Made by a program: the position numbers and the translations under genes. A stretch of DNA of 64,000 bases from the human T2T-CHM13v2.0 reference genome, Homo sapiens. The notes beneath the pieces were generated by a model. It was given only the letters and a program-made list of their open reading frames with translations, made no database searches and was not told the origin of the DNA. The DNA lies in assembly GCF_009914755.1 (NCBI RefSeq), contig NC_060931.1; one strand, 5' to 3'. Every line of letters starts with the position of its first letter. Within the stretch, counting starts at the first letter, position 1. Of the stretch, positions 13,661 to 28,473 are shown piece by piece.

Positions 13661-15629
13661 GTGAGCAGAATGCTTTTTGTTTAGAAGTGTGGCTATAAAT
13701 GTCTTTGTAGTTGATGCACTCTCATCTAGTAAGTAACTATTATTTTTGGGCTCTCTAGAAAGGTAATTATTATCTGATATAATAGTTTAGTCTGTGATGC
13801 TTCTTTTAACATATTTGTAAGTTTTAACCAAATGGTTAAAGAAATTTGCTTTTTAACCCTTAAACCTCACATATCCACAAGTCTCTAAATTCCATAGGAT
13901 GCTATGGATTTCTAGTTGCCTAGTTCATGTCTTTTACTTAGAAAACGTCAGAAAACCCAAACTTCTCGTGACTTCAAAAAGTGTAATTGTACCTGAAACT
14001 TCTTTTCCTTCAGATTTCTTATTTATGTTTTCTGATAGGTTTTTAAGATTAATCTTTTCAGAAGGATGCTCTAAAAATCTGGCCAATTTGATTATCCTCT
14101 TCCAACTTGGAAAAAATATGTATTTAAAATGAGACTAGAATTTGAATGACCTTCTTTCATGGAACTCTGAAAATGTTTTTTGGCTTGCTGTCACAACTGA
14201 CAAATATATTTAAGAAATAACCTAAAAGACCAATCTTAACAATTTGACTCCTAGACAGAAGAAAACAAAAATCTTTTTATACATAAAACTTACTAATCAT
14301 TAGTGATCATAGAAATTTTCTTGAGTGTGGGTGCCACATGTCTTATTTGTGGGGTGGGGGCAGATTTTGTTACATAGCAGAATTTTTATTATATGGTGTG
14401 TTTCATAATATGGCTACATAAGATCAGACAACACCGCCAGGAATGACAGAGTCGTTACTTATACAGAAAGTCAACTTAAGTTATGCATATTTCGAGACAC
14501 AATTAAGGTTGATACAAAAAAAGAAAAGCAGTTCCTTCTGTTTCTCCATGCTATTCTGCTATTCTACAAGCCCTGGAAAAGAATTAGATAGGCTTCTTTG
14601 CCTTTACAAAAAAGGTCACTTTCTTTTATTATTTGGGGAATGGTTGGTTGGTGCTAGACTGAATTCTGGGGAACCATTTAAGGCTAATACTTCCAAAGGG
14701 GTAAACTTGTTGACACTCCTTGAGAGAACTCACAATTCAGATGGGATCTCTATCTCAAAGAGAAATAGGCAACCTATCTTGTTTTCAGGTGTAACTGACT
14801 AAATAATAAAAGTGGATTTGTGGGGCAATATATGAGACTTCTGTAATCCTGACAAGAGGAAAGGAAAAATATTTTCAAATGATGTACTATGCAAATACTA
14901 ATTATTTGGAATCTGATACTTTTGTAAAGGATAATGATAACTGTGTAATTAACTGTTCTAAGAGTTCAAGAAAGCTAACACCTGAGGATAATAAAACAGT
15001 TTTCACCTGGGGAAAAGATAAGCTCTGGAACTCAAGAATTACAGTCAGGCAAAAAAAAAAAAAAAAAGAGTTTTAAACTGCTGAGAAATGATTGAAAAAG
15101 ACTGCTTAAGGTTGTAGAGTGGGATGATTAAATGGAAGGAAATGTTTCAGAGCAAAGAAATATAAAGTTCTTGATGTGACTGCGGCTCATTTTGCTTTTG
15201 GCACAAATTACTGATTAAGATGACTACTTAAGGAATTTAATCTGATATTCTTAGTATTTACAAACAAAGCTTCAGGTTAAATTGTTTTGAAAAATAAAGA
15301 AATGCTATAAAATGAGTGAAGTGCACTTCAGATAAAAATTGTGAAGTGTGTGCAACGCGCTTCACAACAGGTTACTTTATTGCCACCTGTGAGGAGCAAG
15401 AGGAGGTACTAGAGGAGGGGAATGAGGTTGGGTTTCCATATCATGTGACTAGAATCCTCAGTCATGTCTAATCCACAGTGGTTCAATCACAAACAATAAA
15501 TGCTCATCAGGAAAAGTAAATGATTGCAAACAGATATAAGTGTGCAATGAATATAAAAAGAATATAGTTGAGTAAATAGTTTTAGTGTTCTGTTGTATAT
15601 AGAAGTACAGTAATTGGCTAAGCCACTGG

Positions 15630-15631
<2 letters not shown>

Positions 15632-15668
<37 letters not shown>
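15632..15668. repeat. Poly-T tract (~37 nt)
   Basis: Direct reading. Confidence 0.9.
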
Positions 15669-15670
<2 letters not shown>

Positions 15671-18600
15671 CAAAGTATGCCATTGGTTCCACAATAAGCT
15701 TTCAAGTCATTTCTTTATGGAAAAGGGTAAAGTGAATTCTGATTTGTATCTTCTGACAAACCACGTGGAGAAGTAACACTTTTAGATACGTGCTTGTTGG
15801 TACCCTGCTAAATAGCTAAAGATGTTTTGAAACATACTCAGAGACCTTTGTCACACAAACACTATAGTACAAAGAAGGAAATGACAGAAAATTGGCAAGC
15901 ATTAGAGGGGACATAGGAGACAGCTTGGCTCATTCACCAAGGACTCCAGACTGTGCTCAAATGGAAAACCATTGTTTGCCCTTCAGTGCTTGTGATGTTT
16001 AAAGGTGAAATGAGGATAGTTTTTAAAAATAAATTATTATTAGTTTCATCTCTTCATTAATGTTGTTCCTTCTCATTAAGTCTTATAAATATTACTTTTC
16101 TCATTTAAATTTTTAGAAAATTAAAAAAATATATATTAGTCATGTCATGTTTTACGACCATGACTTAATAAGAACACTTCAGTCTAATTGAAATTCATTT
16201 GGAGGTTCCTTTGGTCCCATGTTGGAACTTCACTGTAACTTTATGTAAAATGTAGCAAATGCCATTGCAAGATCTACTTCTTGTATCTCATTCTGGTCAG
16301 TTTTAGAAGTGAAGTAATAAAAATTAGTGTGTTCAATACAATGGTCTCAGAAAATAGAACCCAAAGCATCCTGTCTTTCCAGAGAAGATACAAAATTTTA
16401 AGTAAACTGGATATCTACTTTAAGACTGAGCCCTCAAACATGAAATACCTATTTTGTTTGAATACATGATGGAGTTGCTATCTTTCACATACCTTTATTC
16501 ATTGACATACTCTTTCAAAAATATTTAATGAACACCTACACTGCTTTAGGAAATGCTATTAGAAGCAACATTGTGCTAAACATTTATAAGAATCTAGGAT
16601 CATTTTACAGGTGGTTTTCTGAACCTTGTTCATATAGAATGAAACTTTTGATGAAGGTTAACAAACAAAAACTGTTAGTTAATGGTGAAAGCATATTCAT
16701 CATTTTATGGACACTTTTCCCCATGACCCCACAACAACAGCTCCCTTAAAGTGTTATCAGTCTCTGGGGGAAAAAAAATGGACCAAATGAGTGACAGTTA
16801 TATTTCCAGAAGGACTAGAAGGAAGATACTGTCAGAGTTGTTTCCATTGCTTGCTCTAAGCTTCTCGTTTTTGCATCATTTACTCTTAAAATGCTAAGTA
16901 ACTTCACACAACATAGGAAGCCTCTCCAGAATAAAATATCTGTAGTATGGACTCTAAGCTTTAGGATTGATAACTTCCTAAAATTATTTCTTCTTGAACT
17001 ATTTCATCTGAAATGGGGAATAAATACTAGTCTTGATTTTATCTTGGTCTCCTGGGAAGACCTTTAATTTCTATTAGCCCCATCCTTTTAAGAGCTGTTT
17101 GGGCAATAGGTACATCTAAGCAGATGCATAGACAAAGAATTACAGTGCAGAAAGGTATGAGCTGTGATAAGCTTAATATACAGGGATAAGAGCATTCCTT
17201 ACAGACCTTTGCTATTGCCTAGAGTTGGAGCATCTTGCCGGCATATAAACTCCATAAAGGTAATGGAGCTATTCCATTTGTAACTACTTGTGTTAGTAAC
17301 AGCAATGTCCCAGTACCTGACTCATACATAATAAGCACTCAATAGAGAGATTTTATTCATTTATTTAAAATATTGTCTAAATATTTCCTAAATCAAAATA
17401 TTCATCTTCTACTAAGGACTATGACTAAAATTTTAAGAATTTTGAATCACGTAAATAACTTAGATACATTTCTTTCTTATGTTTAGCACTTTTTCTAAAA
17501 ATATCCAAATTGATGTAGAGCTCTACTGTAACATAATACGTAGATCTGTGCAACTTTTTTTTTTGTATTAAATTCTCAGGTAGGTAGTTTAATGGAATGT
17601 TACTACTGCTGTTCTTCCCAGCATGTCTGGCTGGGTTTGTTTATTTTTACAATATAGGACAGATCCTCTACTCACAAAATGAATTATGGGATTTAATAGA
17701 GAAATATTCTATAATTTACAAGACGCTAAATATATAAACTCACAGATGCTGAGAATGTCTCAGTGAATCAATTCATGAAGCTCATTCATTTCACCTAATG
17801 CCTCTCAATGATGTCCTAGTCCTTTTCCCCAGTCTGCATGCAAAACTTAGATGTGCTTGCTACTGTGCTCAGTCTCTTAGATGTCTTTGCCGCATGTACT
17901 GAGTTTTGGATGAAGCCAGAGAGAAACATTTAGCTCAGTCCATTTCACTCTGGGTCCGAGGGTCATCTTGGAGATTTGCTAATCTTTCCTCCAGGAAAGG
18001 GTTGTGATTTCTCCACTTTTCACTTCATGAACAACCACAGCATGCACAGTACTGTTCTTTGCTAGCCTAGTCACGTATCCCCTCAAAACCCTCTCTGAAA
18101 TTGGGGGATGGTTACCAGCTGGTGGTAAAAGTACAGGCATCACCCATTTTCTTTCTCCATCCCTTAGTTCCTTTCTGACCTAGACAGCTGCTTGAATGTT
18201 CCTTCCCCTTCAGTCTTCCAATCTTTGTGTATTTTATCCTTGTACTGCAGCTCTGTTATAATCATTCAACAAAATTCTATATGGTTTACCAGCTGAAGTT
18301 GGGAAACACAGGATTAAACAAAGTGAAAAATAAATCCTATTATTAAGAGGCAAACAGGATGCTTACTATAATTCCTCCCATTATCTTCTCCACTCCATTA
18401 ATATTCCTCTTGAGTATTAAAGGTAGCATTTTGTTCTGTCAACTCTCCCATGCAAAACTTCTGTACATAGTAACAGCAAGAGAGTTTCTGAAGCTGAAAT
18501 CCTGTAGAATAAATAAAAGCAACTGAAACAATCTGAATGGTCCTTTGAAAAAAAGAAGAAAAAGAAAAGCACTTAATTATTTACCATGGCAAAGCAACAG

Positions 18601-19038
18601 CTATGAAGCTTGCCTTTTCTTTTTTTCTGAGGCTTAGGGCTGGACGTCTACTTTCAGCTGCTCTGCCAAAGTTTACATTTTTTTCATAGCAAAAGCTACA
18701 AATAGGAGAAGTGGGGATAGTTTTTAGCACACTCTAAAACTAAGATCTACTGATTTTTTACAAATAAGGACATGGAGGCTTGTAGAAGTTAGTGACCTTT
18801 TATGCCTTTGTCTAGCCATATTGCTTTCCTCAGTTTCCATTTCTGCAGATTTTCTAGGTTCCCATTCCCCATCCCCCACTTTCTAAGTGATATTATCAAT
18901 TTTCATGACTTCACCTGTAATCTGAATGTTGAGGAGACCCCAATCTACATCTTAGGGCTCCAATCACTCTTCTCAACTTCAGACCCATGTATCTCCATGC
19001 CAGTAGGTCAAGTTCTCAAGCTGAAAGTATCTAAACTC

Positions 19039-19335
19039 TTTTTGTTGTTGTTGTTGTTGTCATTGTTGAGACTGAGTCTCACTCTGTCGCCCAGGCTGGA
19101 GTACGGTGGTGCAATTTCGGCTCACTGCAACCTCCTCCTCCCAGGTTCAAGCGATTCTCCTGCCTCATCCTCCCGAGTGCTGGGACTACAGGTGCCTGCT
19201 GCCTCGCCCAGCTAATTTTCTGTATTTTTGGTAGACATAGGGTTTCACTGTGTTAGCCCGGATGGTCTGCATCTCCTGACCTCGTGATCCGCCCGCCTCG
19301 GCCTCTCAAAGTGCTGGGATTACAGGCGTGAGCCA
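19039..19335 (-). mobile_element. AluS with a (TTG)n-derived tail
   Basis: Antisense Alu body; about 10 nt missing at the Alu 5' end. Confidence 0.92.
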
Positions 19336-19599
19336 TATAACCTTGTTAATGTGTTCTGATTCAAGATGTACATTTTTATGTTCAAAATTAAATTATAATC
19401 CCCAAATGAGTGTCTTTTACTAGGCTTGAATTTATCCCAGCATTCAATAATATATATGCATATAACATATCCCCTGCAAATTATTTTAAAATAAAATGGT
19501 TAAATTTTAATAGCTATTTATTATCTATGTGGTACCTGCAAAGCACTCTAAAAATAATTATGCAAAGTGCCTAGTATTTAATGAGAAGTAAATTACTGG

Positions 19600-19990
19600 T
19601 TGAGGCATACTCTCTAGTGTTAGACTGCATATGTTTGAAACTTAGATCTCTAACTTTCCAGCTCTGTGACCTCTGGCAAGTTAGTAAACTTCTTTGTACC
19701 TCTGCTTCCCTATCTGTAACACATGGATAATAAACATGCCTACCTCATAGGGTAACTGTTCAAGATAAGCAACTTAATGCATATAAAATACTCATACAAG
19801 TGTCTTGCATATGGTAAGTTCCATAGAAGGGTTAAATATTATTTAAGTTTTACAATAATTTTAAAGTAGATAGTGTTATCTCCATTTTACAAATGAGTAA
19901 ACAGACTTGGGGAGATTAAAAAATTGGCTCAGGATCTTGCAGCCAGTTAGTGAAAATGTCAATATTAAACCCTGACAGGACTAACTTCAC
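19600..19990. mobile_element. Two MIR elements in opposite orientation
   Basis: MIR core GCTCTGTGACCTCTGGCAAGTT...CTATCTGTAA, then antisense CTCCATTTTACAAATGAGTAAACAGAC. Confidence 0.7.
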
Positions 19991-21825
19991 ACCACCCCTA
20001 AAACTGGTCCTATGTTTCCCCTCCAGGTTAATAGTACCTCCTTTTGTCTTGTTACTCAAGCGTAAAACCTGAGACTTACGATTTTTTCCTCTCTACCTAA
20101 CTAATTAGTCACCAAGCCGTAGCTATTCATGCTAACTTCTAAATATCTTCCATATCCACTAAGTATTTCTGAAATCTTTCCCACATTTCCCACCCCCACC
20201 CCCATAGCCAGTTTTTAAGTTCAACTACATAATTTCCTTTCTAGATTATTTTGATAGGCGTCCTCTGGCCTTCCCTCCAATCCATTCTTCATGCTGATGC
20301 CAAGGCCATCTCCTAAACCCAAATTTTGTCATGCGCTCCTTCTCTAAAAATCCTTGAGTAGTCCTATGTTGCTTTCAAGATAAACCCACGAGAGAATGAA
20401 TTCCAGGTAATCAAGGCACACATACAATATAAAGTTTGGTATAGTATGTGTTACATTAGGGCTTCACGTTTGTGGTCATTTGTGGCCACTTTTCTGGTGT
20501 CTTGTTCTTCCAAAACTCATACACTGTACCGAATCCTTACTGAAACATGTTTCCCCAGTTGTATGTTTATTATTTTGTATGTTTCTTTATGTATCTGTAT
20601 TTGGGGAAATGCTTGTGATCCACTATACCCTCTCCCACTCTGTACCCGGAGCTGTACAATGCAGTCCTGGCATAAGGAACCACTTCCTCCACCACTGTCC
20701 TTTAACACCTTCTCTCCCTCACCATTCACTCTTCCTACCTGAGTGTAGATGTCACGGCCTATTAGAATTGTCTGTTTATGAATCTGCCTTCCTAGACCTG
20801 CTGGGAGCTACCTAAGCGGGGTGTCAGGTTTTTGTTTTGTTGATTCTCACGTTTTCTCCCAATCAGAAGTCCAAACTAAGAATACTTTAGGAATGTATTT
20901 AAGTTTACTCTTGCAAGGGCTACTGATTGATAAAATATTTGCCAATGTAATTGGGGGGAATAAAAGCATGTATAAATAAAACAAAGTTGATGATTCAAAC
21001 TATGATAGCAGAATAATTTCACACGTAATCTGAAGATTTCAACAACAAGAGCTTGATAGGAGACATAATACAGTATTAGAGTCAGAAAAAATAGTTACAA
21101 AAAGCCTGAGTTAGTATTTGCCTGTCTTTTGGCTTGTGATCTGTTGGTGAAGGGAGCCAGATGAGAATTTGGTTCAGGTTACAAGTATGATCACCCAGCA
21201 GGTGCTTGCTATGTAGGCAAAGGGTTGAGGACAAGATAAGATTAGGAAAGGACATGCGCTGTGAGGGGTGAGCCAAGCTGTGGGTCTGATCTAGGTTTAA
21301 AGCCTTCCTTGGAAAACAAGGACTGGCAAGTGAATACTGGAAACTGAAGAGTGAGAAGTATTATCCAAAAGCACACAGCTCACTTTTAACAGCTGATTAA
21401 ATGAGACTAGATTTATCACAGTAGTTCTCAAAAATTGGCATGAGAATGATAAAAAATGTTTAACTTGGTATTCACAATGCCTTTTTAAAAATTGTTACTA
21501 TATTGTCATTGTAATTATCATCATCATTACTCTTATTTTGAGTTTTCCTGATCTATATTTGTGCTCTGTATGTCTCACCTCAGACTACCTAAGATTTTTA
21601 GTCCCTTCTAGGAAGTTATTTAAAATCTACCCACAATTATTTTGGTAGCCATTTACTGAGAGGGTAATTTAGCTTCCTAATATTATGGTATTTTTATGTC
21701 ATCTTTTGTAAATACAAGAATAGTAATATCTTCAGTGTAGTCGCTGAGGCTTCTTTCCTTTAGTGAAGTTTTAGCGAAACAGAATTTTCCTCTATCTTCT
21801 TTTGAACATATTTTAAACAGTTATT

Positions 21826-22150
<325 letters not shown>

Positions 22151-22153
22151 AGA

Positions 22154-22460
22154 TTTTTTTATTTTTTAGAGACAGGGTCTGCTCTCTCTGTCAGTCAGGC
22201 TGGAGTGCAGTGGCACAATCATAGCTCACTGTAATCTCAAACTCCTGGCTTTAAGTAATCTTCCCCACTCAGCCACCCAAGAAGCTGGGACTACAGGTAC
22301 ACACCACCATGCCCAGCTAATTTTTGTGGTTGTTTCTTTCTGTAGAGGCAGAGTCTCTCTATGTTGCCCAGGCTGGTCTCAAACTCATGGCCTCAAGCAA
22401 TCCTCCCTCTTGGGCCCCACAAACCACTGGGATTATAGGCCTGAGCCACTGCGCCCTGCC
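22154..22460 (-). mobile_element. AluJ (tandem with the preceding Alu)
   Basis: Second, more diverged antisense Alu. Confidence 0.9.
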
Positions 22461-22809
22461 TTGAACAAAATTATAATAAAGCTCTTGAGTGTTTTGTGGC
22501 CTTTCAGCAGATGCTCTGCCCCCCTGTTGTGACCTGGCCATGTTTCTTGTCTCAGCCTGCTTTTTTCTCCCATACATGACACAGAGGCCCTAACCTCAAA
22601 ATCGTCGTCCCGTGTCATTTTGCACACCCATAATAATCTCTCCTATTTCTTATCACTGTGGCATCTTCTAATTTTTCTTCTTTGAGTTTCTCTTTAGTCA
22701 TCTTGAAAATTCTGAGAGATTGTGCTAGCATATACATGAGAGCCTCCTGATAGCACTGGAGTTAGGAGCCAAGTTTCTTAGATGCTTTATTACTGCCAAT
22801 GTCCTTTCT

Positions 22810-23390
22810 TTAACCAAAGACCAACAGGAACACACCTGTAGTGAAACAAGTTCATTACTCATTGAAAAGAGAGGAAAGTGTACCATAGGGAACTGACAGT
22901 GACCCGGTAAGAAGATGTTAGGAAAAATCTATTCTAGAATTTGGACTTCGGTTGGTTGGTTGGGGAGGGTCGAGGAGGTGATACTGAAGGAAATAGAGAT
23001 TTGCTCTGAATTAGATGTTGTCAGGAGGCAGGATAATTTTATGATTGGGTGTCTTAATCTTGGAGGAGGGAAGACTAGACTGAAGCTAAAGCTGTAATTG
23101 ATAAAGAAGCAGAGTCACTCATAGTAAGTGAGAAGGGAATGTGTAGTATCTGTGGCTTGGACAGTGTTGATAATCGTTTTGGGTTCAGACATAAAAGGTC
23201 TCATTTTGTCTTGACTCATCATGATCACAGAATGATTTTATCTAAAGTAAATGCTCTATGAATTGTTTGTGTTCAGCAGAACAAACACCAAGGCCAAGCA
23301 GTGAGTGCTGGGCCTGTGCCCAGAAACAGCAAGACCTAGCTAATAATATCAGCCCAGCTCCTGGGTGATGGGCTGTTTTCTCTTTACAGT
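22810..23390 (-). mobile_element. Old ERVL-class solo LTR (subfamily uncertain)
   Basis: AACCAAAGACCAACAGGAACACACCTGTAG...ACCATAGGGAACTG...GGATAATTTTATGATTGGGTGTCTTAAT resembles LTR40/LTR52-type elements. Confidence 0.55.
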
Positions 23391-23989
23391 ACAAAGTTCT
23401 TTGTTACTTCAGTAATTAAACGTGCACACCTGAAATCCAATTTCCACTACTTTGATGATTGTTGAAATGAGATTCTTTTGAATGTCCTTCTTAAGTTCTA
23501 TAATATGCTCAATACACTGAGTCCTGTAATATAAAATATCATTCCTGTTATGCTAGCAACCTGAAAAATCACAGGAGATCAGTCCCTGTATAAAAATGAT
23601 AATGTGCACAAATTGTTTGGGGGCATTTATTCTTTTCTTTGCACATATACCATAAAAACTAATTTGTTATATAAATGAAAAAATTATGCCTTTGGCATAT
23701 ATAAAATACAATGAAATGAAATTTTAATAACTCAAAGCTTCTTATGAAGAAATTAAGGGGTCTTTCTACTTACTATGTAGATGAACAGCATGCTAATCAG
23801 ATTGTAGAATCCTGCAGTTGGGAATTATCTTAAAAAGTATTTCTGAAAATATGCACCTCTGTGGAACTTATATAAATGTGGTTAAATATATATACTCAAC
23901 TTTCTATTTAGATATTCCAGATACCACCTGAAATAGAAGAGATAATCTGACTTTTTCTATTATTCAACCATATACTTTCTTTTGTTGTT

Positions 23990-24165
23990 TTTATTTCTTT
24001 AATTTTCCACATTGACAGATATAATTGTATGTATTCACTGTGTCTTAAATGTATAAGCATTGTGGAATGGGCTCAATCTAGCTATTTAACATGTGTGTTA
24101 TATCACATAGTTATTATTTTTGTGGTGAGAACACTTTATATCCACTAAGCATTTTTTAAGAATTC
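23990..24165 (-). mobile_element. L1MA-like 3' end fragment
   Basis: Same L1M 3' segment as at ~10200. Confidence 0.7.
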
Positions 24166-26439
24166 AGATAAACTTTCATCATAAGCTTTGCTTAAATAAA
24201 AAATCTAGTAAGTGATTCAAGTCTGTGATTGAATAATATTCCATATATTTAGGTAGTATATGGATTCAAAATGAGTAGAAATATTGACAAACATCCCATG
24301 CTAATAATCTACTTTGTAACTTCTCATAAATCTGTAGAGGAAGTAGTAGTAGAGAGAGGAGGGGAGATAAGGCTATAAATAAACTTGATTCCATGAGTCA
24401 CACAAAGAAAAAGTATCTTTTCTTTATGGTAATGTAATATTTAAGACATTTGTAATATTCATAATTGTATTACTTTCTTTACATTATACATATATGCTTT
24501 TTAAACATGAGCTGCATGATAAATTCAAAGTTTCAGTGCCATATGTAAACTTAAGTTTCTCTATTTTTTCTTTTTGCAGGGAGGTGAGGGTTGCTCTTAA
24601 AATATGATAAAGGCAATACAAGAGAAATAGTGTGTTTTAACCACTGCTGTATTTATCATAGTATCTTGTTAATAAGCTACTTTGATTCTACTTTATGGAG
24701 ATTTTTCCTTTAGTTACTCTTGAAGATATCATCTAAACCAAGAAAGATATTCATTCTTCTCTTTCTCCTTAAGGTCTATCTTTTCACAAGATCCTACTTC
24801 ATCTTTCCTATTTTGGAATAAAACATGCAGCTCTGTTTTATGTGAGCCAGAAATAATTTACTGAACAGGAAACTGTAGTTAAGAAGTAAAAATCACAGTG
24901 AAAAATTTTAACTTTTAATGGGACAAAGAGGCTTGAATCTTTTACGGATGAGAGATGCTTGTCAGGGGCCTAAGAGATGGGGTTTATTTAAGTCTAGTCA
25001 GCAGTTTTGATTCTTAAATTTGAATAGTTCAAAAGTCAAATTAGAGTAGGATCCTGATAACTGAGTTGATTCCTTGTTAACAGTAATAAAAGGTAAATAT
25101 TATCAATAAATATAAAATATCTACCAGTTACTTGGGAAGTTAATATAGTACTTTTGGAGTATATTTTATACAGAACCAAATGCATATAATTAGCTAATGT
25201 GCTTTTGGGTGTCTATATTTTGTAATAATACTATCTGAAAAGTTGTTACAGATAAACATTTATTATTTTTCTGAAAGTCAAAGGGATATTTTGTATGCCC
25301 GGCTTAGCAGCAGTTGTCTATTTGAAATGAAAATAAAAGAGCATTAATGCCAATCAGCTTTCTTACTAGAAATATTCCTGTACTTGATGTTTTTCCACAA
25401 ACTCTTAACACATCACAGATATTCTTAAACTACTTGTATAAATTATACCAGAATAAAATGGGCATCATTCTCTTTTTTGTTTACATCGAATGTTTGTTTC
25501 TCCAGAGCACATCCGTATTGTGGAGAAACAATGGTGACTGTTTTTAATTGCAAAAACTACCCAGATTCTTTCTTGGAGAGCCTCCTTGTTTTCCACTGGG
25601 TTTAGACATAGGTTCTCTTTCACTCTTTATCCTACATTTTTAGACCATCATAATGTATTTATATTTTATACACCCACTGGCCAACAAGAGAATCTATATA
25701 TATGTTCACTAAAAAGCAGGTTTATACAATTAGTTTACTCATTCCTTCTTCCTAGTAAGGTTCTTCTTTACTTGAGTCCAGTTCCTGACTCCAGAATAAA
25801 AATGAAATTATCAATGTCTCTTGTACATTAGTCTGTGATTTTTTTGCAGGGGTGCCCTCTGTATCTTAATCTTTGCTTCTTCTTCGCGGCTCCATCTTTC
25901 CCTCAAATTCCCCACCATGACACTGAAGTACTTCCCCGATTCTGCCCTTCCTTGGAAACCACATCTGAGTTCCTGACCCCAATTCCAATACCCCAGTTTA
26001 TAATGTGAAGTGGGAAATTGGGGGATTAAATATTTCCTGATATCAGTTGAAAACTGTGGGTGCCCTTGTTATTTGCTCTGCTACTTGTTAGCTTTATACT
26101 GTATTTGTCGCTTCAACGAATGCCAATATAAAAGAAATGCTAAGTCCTTTGTTCCTTTGACCTTTTGTGTTTTTTTCCCCTCTGCTTGCATAGGGGCGTA
26201 TCCAGTTTTCATTACTTCTCTTCTGTCTACCCCTGCTGTTATGTTCCAGAATGCCACCAAGATGAAAGCTAACCAAAAGTATTTCTCCCACTTGTGATAA
26301 TGACTCTTAGGGCTTGCTTTCCAGTTTTACAGCCCTCTTTGCCATGGCTGCCACTACAAACTGCAAGCACATTCCCGTTAATCCAAACTCTGCCTAGAAT
26401 GAGACCACATTCCCTTCATCAGGCTGAATACAAGTTTTA

Positions 26440-26955
26440 GTTCAGGGCCTTGTGTCTTTCCCGCATTCATTTATTAGTCATCGAGCTGAATTTCTCAACC
26501 CAATTTATTGCTTTTCATGTGACCTTTTAAAAGTACAAACTCGTATCCTGTCACTCCTCCAACTTATAATTATTTAATTGTTCTATTCTGCTTACAGAAT
26601 AAAGTTCAATCTCCTTAGAATATCATGCAGGGGGCTTCAAGGTCTGGTATCCACCCGTTTTCCTCACTTTTTGCAACTTCCCTGAAAACCATTTTTGTAC
26701 ATTTGCAAGCATATCACTTCCTTTTTGCCTCTGAATTTATGCATGTTGTTCTTTCTGCTTCTATTGCCCTTTTTCCATCTTCTGTGATTAGAAAATATCT
26801 ATTCATCCATTGAAGCCCTTCTGTTATTTTACAATCTATCTCCTATCAACAAAATCACAATCTATTCAAGACCATATTTTATTCATCTTTGCATGCCAGC
26901 ACCATGCTCAAAGCCTGGAGTATGATTAAAGGTCAGTTAGTGTTTGAATGAATAA
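26440..26955 (+). mobile_element. L2 3' region
   Basis: Ends TTATTCATCTTTGCATGCCAGCACC...GTTTGAATGAATAA, a typical L2 terminus. Confidence 0.65.
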
Positions 26956-27362
26956 GTTAGTTCTTTAGTACGTTTCCTTTCTCTTAACTCACAACTTGAA
27001 GTTGTATTATTTCTTTACTCTTCAGAATTTCTCCCAAAATATTCTAAGGCGGGAAGCTTCATGAAAACTCTTGGAGTTTTCTCTAATAGTCTTACCAAAA
27101 CAAATGGAAGAGTCTTTCTTGGTTTCCATGATAGCTTTCTTTGTTTCAGATTGGTTAATTTTATAGTTCACTTTTCATTTGTCAGGATAATTCTGTTTTT
27201 AGGAAGGATAGAAGCTTGGACTTAATTTTATTTTGAATTTTGATTTAATTTTGATTTGATTTTATAGCCTTAACAGATAACACTTTCTTCCTTTAAAGAA
27301 ATCTATCTTTCCAGGCAATAGGAGATCTTGTTGTATTTCTTTGTTCTTTAGAGTTGATTCTA

Positions 27363-27701
27363 TAGATATTCCTTGACTTTTTGTTAGGGTTATATCCCAA
27401 TAAAGCTAGTGTAAGTTAAAAATATGAAAATATCATTGTAAAAATGCATTTAATACATCTAATCTACTGGATATCATAGCTCAGCCTAGCTTATCTTATA
27501 TGTGCTCAGAACACTTACATTAGCCCACATTTGGGCAAAATCATCTAATACAGAGCATATTTTAGAATAAAATGTGGACTATGTCATGTAATTAATCAAA
27601 TCTAGCATTGAACTATGGTTTCTACTGAATGTATATTGCTTTTACACCATTGTGATGTTGAAGGGTTGTAAGTTGAATCATTGTAAGTTGGGGACCATCT
27701 G
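27363..27701. mobile_element. Tigger2-family MITE (MER8/MER28-like)
   Basis: Terminal TTGTAAGTTGGGGACCATCTG and internal ATCATAGCTCAGCCTAGC...GGGCAAAATCATCTAA. Confidence 0.75.
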
Positions 27702-27752
27702 TGTGTGTGTGTGTGTGTGTGTGTGTGCCTGCACGCACACACACACACACAC
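27700..27752. repeat. (TG)14-CCT-(CA)n inverted microsatellite
   Basis: Direct reading. Confidence 0.9.
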
Positions 27753-28473
27753 GCAATTTGAGCAGATAATTGTGTTATCAAGATGGTATGACAGTCCAGT
27801 ATTTTAAAGTGATTTCTCTAGAGGAAAGTTATTATTTGACAAATACTATGAAAATAAATCTCAAACATTTTCTTAAGTCTCCAGTTGTTATCAGTTGGGA
27901 TGATTTTGCCTGCAAGTAACAAAGTCCAAAAGAAGCAGTTTCTTGGGTACTTTTTATTTTGTTCATATAATAAGGAGTCAACAGACTGAATTAACCAGCT
28001 TGGAATCATCCTTAGGCTCACTGATATTACTTAATTCATAGGGCTCTAGGTTGGTTTTTCTTACTGTTACCCTACAAGTGCAAAGTGGCTACGGCGATTG
28101 TAAGGATCATGTCTTTATATAACAATGCCTAACAACAGTAAGAAACAAGTTTCTGTCTTGTTTCAGTCTTTTAAAACAGAAAACTATCACTACAGCTCTG
28201 TAGCTGACTTGTTTTTATGCCTCAGTGTCAGCATTTTGTTATATGCTTGCTATACATCTCATTATCAAGGAGAATTGTGGCTAAAACTAATCAATATTCA
28301 ACCTCTGTAGCTTGGGAGAGGTTTTATAATCACATAGACATGAAATATCTAACACAAAATCAGAGCTCAGTGAGGAGAGATGAGGTGGAAAGAGTGGAAG
28401 TAAATTCTGTCATAGTAGGTCCTATTCTAATTTACATGAGTTCAATTTTTGAAAATTAAAATATATGTGTCCT

